From NCBI GenBank assembly GCA_965238005.1, contig OZ250165.1, positions 2,176,001 through 2,240,000 of the forward strand: DNA of 64,000 nt. Reading direction: 5' to 3'. Shown in pieces: positions 28,644 to 39,179 of this stretch (position 1 is the stretch's first letter; each line of letters opens with the position of its first letter). A model generated the notes under the pieces. The model was given only the letters and a program-made list of their open reading frames with translations, was not told the DNA's origin and made no database searches. The stretch comes from Longimicrobiales bacterium. GTDB taxonomy: Bacteria > Gemmatimonadota > Gemmatimonadetes > Longimicrobiales > Gaopeijiaceae. Position numbers and translations under genes: made by a program.

Positions 28644-29630
28644 ATGAGCCGACCGGTCGCCAACAACGAGCTCACGCTGACCCGCAAAGACTTCGAGCGG
28701 GCCCGCGAAATCGTCGCGCCCCACGTGTACCACACACCCATGCTCACGTCCCGTTCCCTGAGTGAGGTTACGGGCTTCGACATCCGGCTGAAGGCGGAGC
28801 TGTTCCAGCGGGGCGGCGCCTACAAGGTGCGGGGTCCCATGAACAAGATCGCGCACCTGTCGGACGAGGAGCGGGCTCGCGGGGTCATCTGTTCATCCGC
28901 GGGCAACCACTCGCAGGGGGTCGCCATCGCGGCCCGGCAGTACGGGGTGAAGGCGATCGTGGTGATGGCCGAAAACGCCACGCCGTCGAAGATCGCCGCC
29001 ACCGAGGGTTACGGCGCAGAGGTGGTGCTGCACGGTGGGATCTGGGACGAGGCCAACGAGAAGGCGTTGGAGCTGGTCGAGGAGCGGGGGCTTACCTATA
29101 TCCATCCGTTCGACGATCCGGATCTCATCGCCGGTCAGGGAACGGTCGGGCTCGAGATCATGGATGACTTCCCGGAAGCTGAAGTCGTCGTGGTACCCAT
29201 TGGTGGCGGGGGGTTGATATCCGGGATCTCCATGGCGGTCAAGAGCATCGATCCCGACATCCGGGTTATCGGTGTCGAGTCCTCCGGCGCGCCGGCAATG
29301 AAGCGAAGCGTCGAGGCCGGTCACCGCATCACGCTGGACGAGGTGGATTGCGTGATCGACGGGTTACGGGTGAAGCGGGTAGGGGAGTACACGCGCTCGG
29401 TCGTCTCGCGTTTCGTGGATGAAATCGTGACGCTGCCCGACGAACAGATCTTCGATGCCATTCTGTGGCTGATGGCGCGAGCCAAACTAGTAACCGAAGG
29501 TGCGGCGGCGGCGCCGGTGGGGGCGCTGTTGCAGAGGCTGGTCGAGGCGCTACCGAACACCAGGGTCGTGGCCGTCCTGAGTGGTGGAAACCTCGACGTG
29601 GAGCAGTTGCGCGGGCTGAGTTGGAACTGA
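28644..29630 (+). CDS. Threonine/serine ammonia-lyase (PLP-dependent)
   Basis: KAELFQRGGAYKVRG, SAGNH, PIGGGGL, LSGGN; no regulatory ACT domain. Confidence 0.9.
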   Translation: MSRPVANNELTLTRKDFERAREIVAPHVYHTPMLTSRSLSEVTGFDIRLKAELFQRGGAYKVRGPMNKIAHLSDEERARGVICSSAGNHSQGVAIAARQYGVKAIVVMAENATPSKIAATEGYGAEVVLHGGIWDEANEKALELVEERGLTYIHPFDDPDLIAGQGTVGLEIMDDFPEAEVVVVPIGGGGLISGISMAVKSIDPDIRVIGVESSGAPAMKRSVEAGHRITLDEVDCVIDGLRVKRVGEYTRSVVSRFVDEIVTLPDEQIFDAILWLMARAKLVTEGAAAAPVGALLQRLVEALPNTRVVAVLSGGNLDVEQLRGLSWN

Positions 29631-30973
29631 ACGCTGAGCAGCCGGGTGGTGTGCGCCCGCGCGAGATCTTCGGCAGTCGGGCCGGTTTCGTCATGGCGGC
29701 GGTCGGCAGTGCGGTCGGGCTCGGGAACATGTGGCGCTTTCCGTACCGGACAGCCGAGGGTGGTGGTGCGGCGTTCGTGCTGCTGTATCTGGCGATGACG
29801 CTCATCATCGGGGTTCCGATGATGGTAGCGGAGTTCGGGGTCGGACGTCGGGCACGACTTTCGTCGGTGGGTGCGTTGCGTGCGATCGGGGGCGTGGCGT
29901 GGGTGCCACTCGGCTACCTCTTTGTGCTCACCTCACTGTTGATTATCGCGTACCTGTCGGTCATCACCGGGTGGACGATTCGCTACGCCCTGGACGGATT
30001 GGTCGCCGGCTATTCCGCCACACCCGGGGCCCGATACGACGAGGTCTCGACCGGACCGACCGCAGTGCTCTTTCACGTCCTCATCATGGTGGTGACCACG
30101 GGCATCGTTTGGCTGGGAGTCAAAAAGGGCATCGAACGCACCAGCCTGATCCTGATGCCGATCCTGTTCTTGATTCTGATTTCCCTCGCCGTATGGGCGG
30201 CGACCCTGGACGGAGCCGCGCCGGGGTACGCCTTCTACCTCACGCCCTCGGTGAGCTCACTGATGGATCCGATCGTCATCCAGGGAGCGGCCAGCCAGGC
30301 GTTCTTCTCGCTGAGCGTCGGCATGGGCATCATGCTGACGTACGGTTCCTACCTTTCGGGGAGTGAGAGCCTCTGTCGAGAAGCGGTGATCGTCTCGATG
30401 GCGGATTTCTCGGTCGCGTTCATTGCGGGGCTGGTGGTGTTCCCGGTGATCTTCGCGTTGGGGTTATCGAGTGAGGTAACGGAGAGCACGATGGGTACGC
30501 TCTTCATATCGCTGCCCAGTGCCTTCAGGGAGATGGGGGCCATCGGGAGAGTAGTGGGGGTGGCGTTTTTTGTGGCGCTGGCCGTGGCGTCGATCACGTC
30601 GACCGTTTCACTCCTCGAGGTGGTGGCCGCGGTCGGGATTGACGAGTTCGAGTTCACTCGACGGACTGCGACGCTGCTGGCGGGAGTGCTTGCGACGGGG
30701 ATCGGCATATTCGCCGCCGTGTCGGGTGACGTTTTGGGAGTGCTCGATAAGGTCGCCGGCGAGTTCTTCGTGGTCGTCGGTGTGTTGGGAATGTCGCTGT
30801 TGTTTGGATGGCGAATGACGGAGCCCGCCCGCCAAGTCTCCGCCGGTGCTTCCCCGGCGACCGCTCGCTTCGTCCCGGCCCTAATATTCCTGATCCGCTA
30901 CGTCATCCCGCCGGTTCTTGCCGTTCTGGCCTGGGTGGCACTCCGCGACATGGTGACTACCCTCGCGGGGTGA
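29621..30973 (+). CDS. Sodium-dependent transporter (NSS family)
   Basis: AVGLGNMWRFPY, GGGAAF, QAFFSLS; start approximate. Confidence 0.92.
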   Translation: MELNAEQPGGVRPREIFGSRAGFVMAAVGSAVGLGNMWRFPYRTAEGGGAAFVLLYLAMTLIIGVPMMVAEFGVGRRARLSSVGALRAIGGVAWVPLGYLFVLTSLLIIAYLSVITGWTIRYALDGLVAGYSATPGARYDEVSTGPTAVLFHVLIMVVTTGIVWLGVKKGIERTSLILMPILFLILISLAVWAATLDGAAPGYAFYLTPSVSSLMDPIVIQGAASQAFFSLSVGMGIMLTYGSYLSGSESLCREAVIVSMADFSVAFIAGLVVFPVIFALGLSSEVTESTMGTLFISLPSAFREMGAIGRVVGVAFFVALAVASITSTVSLLEVVAAVGIDEFEFTRRTATLLAGVLATGIGIFAAVSGDVLGVLDKVAGEFFVVVGVLGMSLLFGWRMTEPARQVSAGASPATARFVPALIFLIRYVIPPVLAVLAWVALRDMVTTLAG

Positions 30974-31015
30974 GGTCTGTCAGCCACGTAGAACGCAGCA
31001 TTAGGAAACGGGACA

Positions 31016-31258
31016 CTATCCGTTTCCGAGCCGCTCCTCGACACGGCGGAGCCGACGGCCTATGGCGACGAGCCAGCCGAAAACGAGGACCCACGCAACG
31101 GTGTAAGCGATGAAGACGTGCCAGTAGGGCCGGCCCATGGTCTGTTGGCCCAGGGCGCCGGCCTCCTGGGCCAGGAGCGTCAGTGGGCTCGCATATAGCG
31201 CCAGAAGCAGCAGCCCGATCACGGTGACGAGTCGGATATATCGTTTGAGGTCGTTCAT
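31016..31258 (-). CDS. ccmD: CcmD-family small membrane protein
   Basis: AYTVAWVLVFGWL...RRLRRVEERL; directly after ccmC. Confidence 0.6.
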   Translation of the reverse strand: MNDLKRYIRLVTVIGLLLLALYASPLTLLAQEAGALGQQTMGRPYWHVFIAYTVAWVLVFGWLVAIGRRLRRVEERLGNG

Positions 31259-31968
31259 GAGACTTCCACTCCGTGGGCAGGGGCCGGGACAGCCTCTCGT
31301 CGGGCCAGCTCGCGCTCCAAGCGCTCCACTCCATAGCGCGCCAGGAAAAGTGAGAAGAAGAGGAGGGTGAAGGCCAGGAGTCCGACCATGAGCGTCCAAA
31401 ACATGGCGGAGTCCAGGTTCGGACCGTCGGGCCGCAAGACCACCGCCTCGGGGTGAAGGGACCGCAGCCAACTCACGCTGATGTGGATGAAGGGGATGTC
31501 CAGCACGCCGATGATGCCGATCACGGCCGCCAGACGCTTCCCCTGCTCCGGGTTGGGTGTGCTCTTCCGCACCAGAAAGTACCCGAGGTAGATGAACCAC
31601 AGCAGGAGCGCCAGCGTGAGTCTGGGCTCCCAGGTCCACCAGGCACCCCAGGCGACCCTGCCCCACAGAGGACCGGTCAGAAGGCCTATGGTGGCGAACA
31701 GCATCCCTCCCTCGGCCGCGGCCACGGCGGCCATGTCCAGCCGTTCGTCCCCGAGCCACAGGTACACCGCGCTGCATAGGGCGACCATCCCGAACGCGAG
31801 GAAGGTGATCCACCACGCAGGCACGTGGATGTAGAAGATCCGCTGGATGATGCCCATGCTGGACTCGGTGGGCACCCAGAAAAACACCATCCAGTGCAAG
31901 ACCACCGCCGCCGCGATCCCGAGCGTGCCGAGACCGACGACTCCCCACCGGACTCGTTTGAGGTTCAT
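31255..31968 (-). CDS. ccmC: Heme exporter protein C
   Basis: IFYIHVP, WGRVAWGAWWTWEPRLT, RSLHP. Confidence 0.93.
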   Translation of the reverse strand: MNLKRVRWGVVGLGTLGIAAAVVLHWMVFFWVPTESSMGIIQRIFYIHVPAWWITFLAFGMVALCSAVYLWLGDERLDMAAVAAAEGGMLFATIGLLTGPLWGRVAWGAWWTWEPRLTLALLLWFIYLGYFLVRKSTPNPEQGKRLAAVIGIIGVLDIPFIHISVSWLRSLHPEAVVLRPDGPNLDSAMFWTLMVGLLAFTLLFFSLFLARYGVERLERELARREAVPAPAHGVEVS

Positions 31969-31978
31969 TGGGCCCCCC

Positions 31979-32659
31979 TCATTCTTCGATCACGAAACGA
32001 AACAACCATGCTCCCGCGATCAAGAACACGAGAGAGAACGCAGCCAACATCCGTATGTTTCCGCTCACCTCGGCGATGGGCCGCCCCGCGAACAAGCGGC
32101 TCGTGGCCGTGGTCCCGTAGATGACCAACGGCACCACCAGAGGAAAGACGAGGACGGGAAGCAAGCTCTCTCCCATGGTGCTCCTCGTCGCCATGGCGCT
32201 GAAGAGTGTGGTGAGCGCCACGAAGCCCAATACCCCCAAGCCGACCACCCCGGCCAGGACCATGGGGTTCCCGGTGAACGTCAGGTTGAAGAAGGCGCCG
32301 AAGACGATGAACACGAGCCCGACGATGATCGCGAGCAGGATGAAGTTCGCCAGGACCTTGCCCAGATAGAGGGCGTCCAGCCGAATGGGGCTCTGGAGGA
32401 GCCCCGCCAGGGCACCGTCTTCCTGCTCCAGCTGGAAGGTCCGCCCCAGGCCCAACATCCCCCCGAAGAGGATGGTCATCCATATCAGTCCGGCCGCGAT
32501 GGCTTGAGGCCGGACCTGAGACGTATCGATGGCATAGTTGAAGAGGACGCCCACGAGCACGGCGAAAGCGCCCATGGCCGCCAGCCGCTCGTGGGTTCGC
32601 ATCTCGATCATCAAATCCTTGCGGGCGATGGTCCAAACTAGGCGAAGGTAGTCAATCAT
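31979..32659 (-). CDS. ccmB: Heme exporter protein B
   Basis: KDLMIEMR, LGKVLAN, LLPVLVFPLVVP. Confidence 0.9.
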   Translation of the reverse strand: MIDYLRLVWTIARKDLMIEMRTHERLAAMGAFAVLVGVLFNYAIDTSQVRPQAIAAGLIWMTILFGGMLGLGRTFQLEQEDGALAGLLQSPIRLDALYLGKVLANFILLAIIVGLVFIVFGAFFNLTFTGNPMVLAGVVGLGVLGFVALTTLFSAMATRSTMGESLLPVLVFPLVVPLVIYGTTATSRLFAGRPIAEVSGNIRMLAAFSLVFLIAGAWLFRFVIEE

Positions 32660-33369
32660 CCCGCAGCCTCGACAGTGGCCCGATAGAACCGTTCGAAGCC
32701 GTCGGCGTCCCAGCTCCCCCGATCCTCGACGGCCACGAACCGGCCACGGAACTGGATGGCCACCCGGTCTGCGATCTCGAGACCCTGTCCGAGGTTGTGG
32801 GTGACGAGGACGACGGTGCGTCGTCCATTCTTCAGCAAGGCGAGCTGATCGCGGAGGACCGCAGCAGCGTGGGCGTCGAGTCCCGTGTACGGCTCGTCCA
32901 GTAGGACGACCTCCGGGTCGTGCAGGAGCGCCCGCGCCAACGCGACTCGTTGCTTGAAGCCCCGGGAGAGATCTCGAACGGGCGTCGACGCGCGCTCGGT
33001 CAACCCAGCCCTGGCAAGTCGCTCCGGAATACGGTCGTGAAGATCCTTCAGGCCGAAGAGACGTCCGAAGAAGTGTAGGTTCTCCTCGGCCGAGAGCCGA
33101 CCGTAGAGCAGGCTCTGATGAGAGACCACGCCCACCCGGCCACGCCACTCGCGCTCGGCGATGTCTGCGGGCTCACCCGCCACCCGCACGCGACCTGCCG
33201 TCGGCCTCAGCGTACCGGCGAGCATACGGAGCAGGGTGGTCTTTCCGGCTCCGTTGGGGCCGAAGACCGCAAGAAGCTCACCCGGGGCGAGCCGGAAGCT
33301 GACGCCGTCGACGGCCCGAAGGCCCCCGAAGGTGCGGACGAGTCCCTCGGCCTCCAGGCCAAAGCTCAA
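32656..33369 (-). CDS. ccmA: Heme ABC exporter ATP-binding protein
   Basis: GPNGAGKTT, LSRG, LLDEPYTGLD; start approximate. Confidence 0.88.
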   Translation of the reverse strand: MSFGLEAEGLVRTFGGLRAVDGVSFRLAPGELLAVFGPNGAGKTTLLRMLAGTLRPTAGRVRVAGEPADIAEREWRGRVGVVSHQSLLYGRLSAEENLHFFGRLFGLKDLHDRIPERLARAGLTERASTPVRDLSRGFKQRVALARALLHDPEVVLLDEPYTGLDAHAAAVLRDQLALLKNGRRTVVLVTHNLGQGLEIADRVAIQFRGRFVAVEDRGSWDADGFERFYRATVEAAG

Positions 33370-33373
33370 GGCC

Positions 33374-33817
33374 CTAGCCCGCGGTGGGGGTTTTGGGAGC
33401 CGCGGCCGCCAGGGGGCGACCACAACCCGCACAGAACCGGCTCCCTTCCACGTTCACGTGTCCGCACTCAGGGCACGTGCGCCCCTCGGCGAGACCGCGA
33501 CGTGCTCGGGAGACCTCCTCCTCCAGCGGGTCCACCTCGGAAAGAGCCGGATCGGCCTTCCCCTCCTCCATGGCCGCCAGGGCCTCTCGGGACATCTCCG
33601 CCTTGAGCGCCCGGTAGTCGTCTGCATCGAGCTTCCCCGACCGGTAGTCGTACTCCGCGTCACGGAGGCCCTTCAGGGCGACGCGCTTCCTGGCTTCGAC
33701 CTCGGTGGGCTCCTCGTCCGACCGTTGGAACGACGCCCACTCGCCTCGCAGGATGGGGATCAGCAGGAAAAGGATGACGCCAACGGTGAGCAGCGCCGCT
33801 CCGACGATGAGACCCAC
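33374..33817 (-). CDS. Membrane-anchored zinc-ribbon protein (CcmI-like N-terminus)
   Basis: N-terminal TM, LRDAEYDYRSGKL, CPEC...CAGC. Confidence 0.7.
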   Translation of the reverse strand: MGLIVGAALLTVGVILFLLIPILRGEWASFQRSDEEPTEVEARKRVALKGLRDAEYDYRSGKLDADDYRALKAEMSREALAAMEEGKADPALSEVDPLEEEVSRARRGLAEGRTCPECGHVNVEGSRFCAGCGRPLAAAAPKTPTAG

Positions 33818-33818
33818 A

Positions 33819-35867
33819 CTATGCCCCGACTGGGACGGCCGGCGCTCGCTCCTCCGAAGAGCGCCGCGGCGCAGGACTCACGGAGCCTTTGGAGGGCCAC
33901 ATGGCGATGAGGCTGCCCAGGGTGAGGATCAGTCCTCCATACCAGATCCAACCCACCAGGATGTTGACCTGCACCTCGAAGGTCGCCCTCTGGGCCGCGG
34001 CGTCGTTCTCGAACGCCCCACCCAGGTCCTCCACCCGCGCAAGGATCACGTAGAGATCCTCGAGGAAGGTCGACCGGATGCCCACCTCGGTCACCGGAGC
34101 CTGCCAGGTGACGTAGAGGCGCTTTTCCGTCGTGAGGGATCCCACGGGCACACCGTTCTTCTCGACCGTCATGAGTGCCACAGCCTGGCGGAGCATGTTC
34201 TGGCCCCGCGGCGACGAGAGTCCTTGATAGGTCAGCGTGTACTCGTGACCGAAAGCGGACTCGATGGTCACCGACTCACCCGGATCGAGTGTCTGCGTGA
34301 CCTCCCGGTCGAAGGCCGCGCCGGCGAAGGCCGTGAAGATCAACACCACTCCCACATGCACGATATACCCACCCCAGCGGCGCCGATTCCGGAGGACCAG
34401 ATGGACGAAGGCCGGTAGCAGGCCTTCCCCCTCGATGTAGGCTCGGGCCCGGGTGCCCTTCACGAACTCCACGACGATGATCGTCAACACGAAGGCGGAC
34501 AGGCCGAAGGTCAGGAGCGCCATCCACTGCCTCGCACCTCGCAGGTAGAGGCCGGCGACGACCACGATTCCGACCACCACGGGCCAGACGAAGTTCTTCG
34601 TGAGGTTGCGGCGCGATGCCTTTCGCCAGGCGATGACCGGGCCGATGCCCGTCAGGGCCAACAGAGCGATCCCGATGGGCAGGTTCACGCGGTTGAAGAA
34701 CGGCGGACCCACCGTGATCGCCTGTCCCGTGAGCCCCTCACTGATCAGGGGAAGGAGGGTGCCCCACATGATGGCGAAGGCGATCCCGAGGAATATCAGG
34801 TTGTTGAAGAGAAACGCCGCTTCCCGGGAGAGGAACGACTGGATCTGGTTCTCGCTCTTCAGGTCCGGATAGCGCCACGCGATCAACAGGACACAGATCC
34901 CGGTCACCACCCCGAGGAAGGTCAGGAAGATGAAGGCGATGGTCGTGTTCTCCGCGAACGTGTGCACAGATTCGATGAGACCCGAGCGGGTGAGGAACGT
35001 CGCGAAGATCGTGAGCAGGAACGTGAGGCTCACGAGGCCCATGTTCCACACCTTAAGCATCCCTCGATTCTCTTGAATCTGGATGGAGTGGAGGAAGGCG
35101 GTTGCGGTGAGCAACGGAAGCAGTGACGCGTTCTCCACCGGGTCCCAGAACCAGAATCCTCCCCACCCAAGCTCCTCGTATGCCCAGCGCATGCCGAAGA
35201 TGACGCCGTTCGCGAGGAAGAACCACGACAGCAGGATCCAACGCCGAGTGATGACGATCCACCGGGTGTCGAGCTTGCCGCTCAGAAGCGCGGCGATGGC
35301 GAACGCGAACGGCACCGTGAACGCCGTGAATCCCAAGTACAGGGTGGGTGGATGGATGGTCATCCAGTAGTTCTGCAGCTGGGGATTCAGCCCCCGTCCA
35401 TCCGCAGGTGTGAACGCCAGCCGCTCGAACGGATTCACGTCGGCGAACAACAGGACCACCAGGAAGAAGCTCGATACGGAGAGAAGGACCCCCACCACGT
35501 ACGGCATGAACTCCCGGTTCTTGTGGCGGTTCGTGAAGACGGCGATGGAGGAGAAGAGCGAGAGGAGAACGGCCCAGAATACCAGTGATCCCCTCTGCCC
35601 CGCCCACAGTCCGGACACCTTGAAGAAGGTGTCGAGCTCGCGGTTGGAGTAGTTGGCGACGTACCAGTACTCGAAGCTGTCGGTCAGGAAGGCGGCAATG
35701 ATCCCGGCCGAGACCAGCACCAGGAGGAAGAAGACCGCGTAGACGCTACGCTCTGCGCTGAGGACCAGGTCGCCGCGCTGTTTTCGCCCGCCTACGAACC
35801 CGAGGACCGCTCCCCAGATTGCGACCGGAAGGGCGATCCAGAGGGCGAACTCCCCGAGGATCGTCAC
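33819..35867 (-). CDS. ccmF: Heme lyase CcmF
   Basis: GLNPQLQ, IHPP, WAYEELGWGGFWFWDPVENAS, SVHTF. Confidence 0.96.
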   Translation of the reverse strand: MTILGEFALWIALPVAIWGAVLGFVGGRKQRGDLVLSAERSVYAVFFLLVLVSAGIIAAFLTDSFEYWYVANYSNRELDTFFKVSGLWAGQRGSLVFWAVLLSLFSSIAVFTNRHKNREFMPYVVGVLLSVSSFFLVVLLFADVNPFERLAFTPADGRGLNPQLQNYWMTIHPPTLYLGFTAFTVPFAFAIAALLSGKLDTRWIVITRRWILLSWFFLANGVIFGMRWAYEELGWGGFWFWDPVENASLLPLLTATAFLHSIQIQENRGMLKVWNMGLVSLTFLLTIFATFLTRSGLIESVHTFAENTTIAFIFLTFLGVVTGICVLLIAWRYPDLKSENQIQSFLSREAAFLFNNLIFLGIAFAIMWGTLLPLISEGLTGQAITVGPPFFNRVNLPIGIALLALTGIGPVIAWRKASRRNLTKNFVWPVVVGIVVVAGLYLRGARQWMALLTFGLSAFVLTIIVVEFVKGTRARAYIEGEGLLPAFVHLVLRNRRRWGGYIVHVGVVLIFTAFAGAAFDREVTQTLDPGESVTIESAFGHEYTLTYQGLSSPRGQNMLRQAVALMTVEKNGVPVGSLTTEKRLYVTWQAPVTEVGIRSTFLEDLYVILARVEDLGGAFENDAAAQRATFEVQVNILVGWIWYGGLILTLGSLIAMWPSKGSVSPAPRRSSEERAPAVPVGA

Positions 35868-36292
35868 CCGGTGAGTTCCTCGGGTGTCGCCTCGTAACGG
35901 CTACCGCACTTGGTCAGAACCAGGGTGGCTTCGAAGACACCATCCTCCCGGAAACGCCCCTCCACGACCGCGTCGACCTGCTCGTGATCGTTGAAAGTAT
36001 CGGGCAGCATGTCCGCGTACTCGACGGGGAAGCTGACCGTCTCGTCTTGCAGGTCTACGACCCGGAAGCGATGCGGGCTCCCCTCTCGTGCCCGCTCCCA
36101 GGAGCCTGGCACGATGCGGCCACTCACCTTGACACCCACCTGGTGGAAGGTGGGGTCGTCTTTCACTCGAGCCAGAAGCTCCATGGGCGTGAGGTAGTAC
36201 AACATCGTCTGGCTCACACCCGTCCAGATGAGATAGGTGACCACCATGGCCACGCCCGCCAAACCCAAGAAGAATCTGCTGTTGTTTTTCAC
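35864..36292 (-). CDS. ccmE: Heme chaperone CcmE (CxxxY variant)
   Basis: YYLTP, LPDTF, VVEG, LTKCGSRY. Confidence 0.9.
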   Translation of the reverse strand: MKNNSRFFLGLAGVAMVVTYLIWTGVSQTMLYYLTPMELLARVKDDPTFHQVGVKVSGRIVPGSWERAREGSPHRFRVVDLQDETVSFPVEYADMLPDTFNDHEQVDAVVEGRFREDGVFEATLVLTKCGSRYEATPEELTG

Positions 36293-36537
36293 CTCAGGCC
36301 CCTTTGAGTGGGGTCGGCGGACTACCTCTACGGCTCCGCCAAATATAGGGCCCTCGTAAGGGCCGGCAAAGCTCCCACAACCCCAAGAACCCGCACTTTC
36401 GGGGCCCTTCCTACACCCATATAGAACTACCCACTACACAGAGGTTCCCTCCCCCCCCGGGGCGTTCTCTACAAGCTTCCCCGGCACGGGGGCCTCACTC
36501 GATGGCGCAAGCCCGGCCACGCAGCGTCCAGGCGGTG

Positions 36538-37053
36538 TCAGCCGGGGGCTCTCCGGCCCTCCGCCGCCTGTGCGAGAGCCCAGTCGGCAGCTTCCTCGGG
36601 ATCGGTCGGGTGGTGCAGGCCCAGCCCTTGGGCCGGCGGTGCCCCCAGGATCGCCACGGGAATCCCCATCTTCCGCGCCAGAGCGATCTCGGAGAGCGTT
36701 CCCCAGGAGCCACCCACCGCAACCACCGCCTCCGCCGCTCGGACGACCAGAGCGTTCCGGGCCTCCCCCATCCCCGTGGCCAGCGGCAAGGCGATCCAGG
36801 GGTTCGCCCGGGAGTCGTCGCGGCCGGGAAGGAGGCCCACTGTGGTTCCTCCCCCCTCCACACAGCCTCGGGCTGCCGCTTCCATGACGCCACCGAGGCC
36901 ACCACAGATGACCACGGCGCCGGCCTCCGCCAGTCGGGCCCCGAGCCTCCGGGCCCGCACGAGGTCCGCGTCGTCGGCGTTCCCGGTCCCGATGACGGCG
37001 ATCCGCAGTGGCCGCAGTGGCCGTTCCGCCGCCGCTCCTCCCTCGGAGGTCAC
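36538..37053 (-). CDS. TIGR00725/LOG-family protein
   Basis: CGGLGGVMEA, TGMGEARN, GGSWGTLSEIA. Confidence 0.88.
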   Translation of the reverse strand: MTSEGGAAAERPLRPLRIAVIGTGNADDADLVRARRLGARLAEAGAVVICGGLGGVMEAAARGCVEGGGTTVGLLPGRDDSRANPWIALPLATGMGEARNALVVRAAEAVVAVGGSWGTLSEIALARKMGIPVAILGAPPAQGLGLHHPTDPEEAADWALAQAAEGRRAPG

Positions 37054-38558
37054 GAAGCGCCGCCGGAATCGCTCGCCCACGTCTTGACTGCCCGGACCGC
37101 CCGAGCCCAACCGTCGAGCAGATCGCCTCGCTCGGAGTCCAGCATGTTGGGATCGAACCGCTCGCCCTCGCCCTGGGAAACCAGAAACTCGTCGGCGGTG
37201 GACCAGACCCCCGTGGCCAGCCCGGCCAGGCCAGCCGCCCCGAGGGCGGTGGTCTCGACCATGGCCGGTCTCCGCACCGGGACGCCCAGGACACCCGCCT
37301 GGAAGCCCATGAGCCAGTCGTTGTTGGCGGCCCCGCCGTCCACGCGGAGCTCTGTCATCCGGACGGAACAGTCGGCCTCCATGGCGCCGATCACCTCTCG
37401 GGTCCCGTACGCCATGGCCTCCAACGCCGCCCGCACGAGGTGTTCTTTGGAGGTTCCCCGGGTGAGCCCGAACACGGCTCCTCGGGCTTCCGGCACCCAG
37501 TGGGGCGCGCCGAGGCCCACGAAAGCCGGTACGAAGTATACGTCGTCGTTGCCCTCGAGGTCGGACGCCATCCGCTCCGACTCGGCCGCGTGCTCGAGAA
37601 CCCCCAGTCCGTCCCGGAGCCATTGCACCGCTGCTCCCGCGATGAACACCGACCCTTCCAGTGCGAATGCGAGGCCGCCACGGGCATCGCACGCCGCGGT
37701 GGTCAGCAGTCCATGGGAGGACGGAACGATGTCCGTTCCAGTGTGCATGAGCAGAAAGGCCCCCGTGCCGTAAGTGTTCTTGGCCAGCCCCGCCGACCAG
37801 CATCCCTGCCCGAAGAGCGCCGCCTGCTGGTCCCCGACGACGCCGGCAACGGGCGCCTCGATCCCCAGGGCCTCCCCACGACCCACTCCGAAGTCGCCAC
37901 TGCTCGATCGTACCTCGGGGAGCAGGGACTCCGGCACGCCCAGGAGATCGAGAAGCCACGGGTCCCAAGACGCCTGGGACAGGTTGTAGAGGAGCGTTCG
38001 GGAAGCGTTCGTAGGGTCCGTGGCATGCACGTCGCCCTGGGTCAGACGAGCGATCAGCCACGTGTCGATGGTGCCCGCCGCCAGATCGCCCGCTTCCGCT
38101 CGAGCCAGCAGCTCGGGCCGCTCGCGGAGGAGCCACATGAGCTTGGTTCCCGAAAAGTAGGGATCCAGGACGAGGCCCGTTCGCCCCCTCACCTCCTCCT
38201 CGTGGCCCCCTTCCTTCAGCTCGGCGCACAGGTCGGCGGTTCTCCGGTCCTGCCACACGATGGCCCGGCATTCGGGCTCCAGGGTCTCCCGGTCCCACAG
38301 GACCACGGTCTCCCGCTGATTCGTGATTCCGATCCCCAGGACGTCCGCCTCCGTAGCGGACTCGAGGGCCTCCCGCGCCACGTCTCGAGTGACCTTCCAG
38401 ATCTCTCCCGCATCGTGCTCCACCCAGCCGGGCCGCGGGAAGTGCTGGGTGAACTCGGAGTAGGCCCGTCCCAGCACTCGACCGTCATGGGAGATGACCA
38501 GACAGGTCGAGCCGGTCGTCCCCTGATCGATGGCGAGGATGGAAGCGGTCTTGCTCAT
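37050..38558 (-). CDS. glpK: Glycerol kinase
   Basis: DQGTTG, NQRET, WQDRRT, GDQQAALFG, KNTYGTG. Confidence 0.97.
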   Translation of the reverse strand: MSKTASILAIDQGTTGSTCLVISHDGRVLGRAYSEFTQHFPRPGWVEHDAGEIWKVTRDVAREALESATEADVLGIGITNQRETVVLWDRETLEPECRAIVWQDRRTADLCAELKEGGHEEEVRGRTGLVLDPYFSGTKLMWLLRERPELLARAEAGDLAAGTIDTWLIARLTQGDVHATDPTNASRTLLYNLSQASWDPWLLDLLGVPESLLPEVRSSSGDFGVGRGEALGIEAPVAGVVGDQQAALFGQGCWSAGLAKNTYGTGAFLLMHTGTDIVPSSHGLLTTAACDARGGLAFALEGSVFIAGAAVQWLRDGLGVLEHAAESERMASDLEGNDDVYFVPAFVGLGAPHWVPEARGAVFGLTRGTSKEHLVRAALEAMAYGTREVIGAMEADCSVRMTELRVDGGAANNDWLMGFQAGVLGVPVRRPAMVETTALGAAGLAGLATGVWSTADEFLVSQGEGERFDPNMLDSERGDLLDGWARAVRAVKTWASDSGGAS

Positions 38559-39166
38559 GGGTCGGCCGTGTGGAGAGAACCGAAAGAGTACTCCCAACCG
38601 CACTCCTCCAAGAGGCTCATGAGGAGGGAGATCGGGAGACCGACCACGGTATAGTAGTCGCCCCGGATTTCACTCACCAGCGCGGCGCCCAGTCCTTGAA
38701 TCCCGTACGCCCCAGCCTTGTCGAGAGGCTCACCGGTATCGACGTAGGCGCGGGCTACCTCGGGCCGGAACGAACGAAACAGCACCTCCGTAGTGGCCAC
38801 TCCGCTCAGCACTTCTCCGGACGGGAGCGCCAGTGCCAGGCCGCTGGCCACGGTGTGGGAGCGCCCGGCGAGACGGAGGAGCATATCTTCGGCATCCTCC
38901 GGGCCGGTGGGCTTTCCCAGGATCTCGTCGTCCAGCACGACGACGGTGTCTCCGCCCAAGACAGCCGCTTCGGGTCGCACCCGGGTCACCGCCAGAGCCT
39001 TCTCACGCGCCAGGCGCTCCACGTGCTCCTCGGGCGTCTCATCCGGCAGCACCTCCTCCAGAAGGTGTGCGGGCTCGACGGTGAAGGTCAGGCCGAGCAT
39101 GCGAAGGTACTCCTTGCGCCGGGGTGAGGCCGACGCCAGGACCAGAGGAGGAGGAGGACCGCTCAT
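38555..39166 (-). CDS. maf: Maf-family nucleoside triphosphate pyrophosphatase
   Basis: LASASPRR, DTVV, LGKP, DKAGAYGIQ. Confidence 0.93.
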   Translation of the reverse strand: MSGPPPPLVLASASPRRKEYLRMLGLTFTVEPAHLLEEVLPDETPEEHVERLAREKALAVTRVRPEAAVLGGDTVVVLDDEILGKPTGPEDAEDMLLRLAGRSHTVASGLALALPSGEVLSGVATTEVLFRSFRPEVARAYVDTGEPLDKAGAYGIQGLGAALVSEIRGDYYTVVGLPISLLMSLLEECGWEYSFGSLHTADP

Positions 39167-39179
39167 CCCTCGAGACCGC

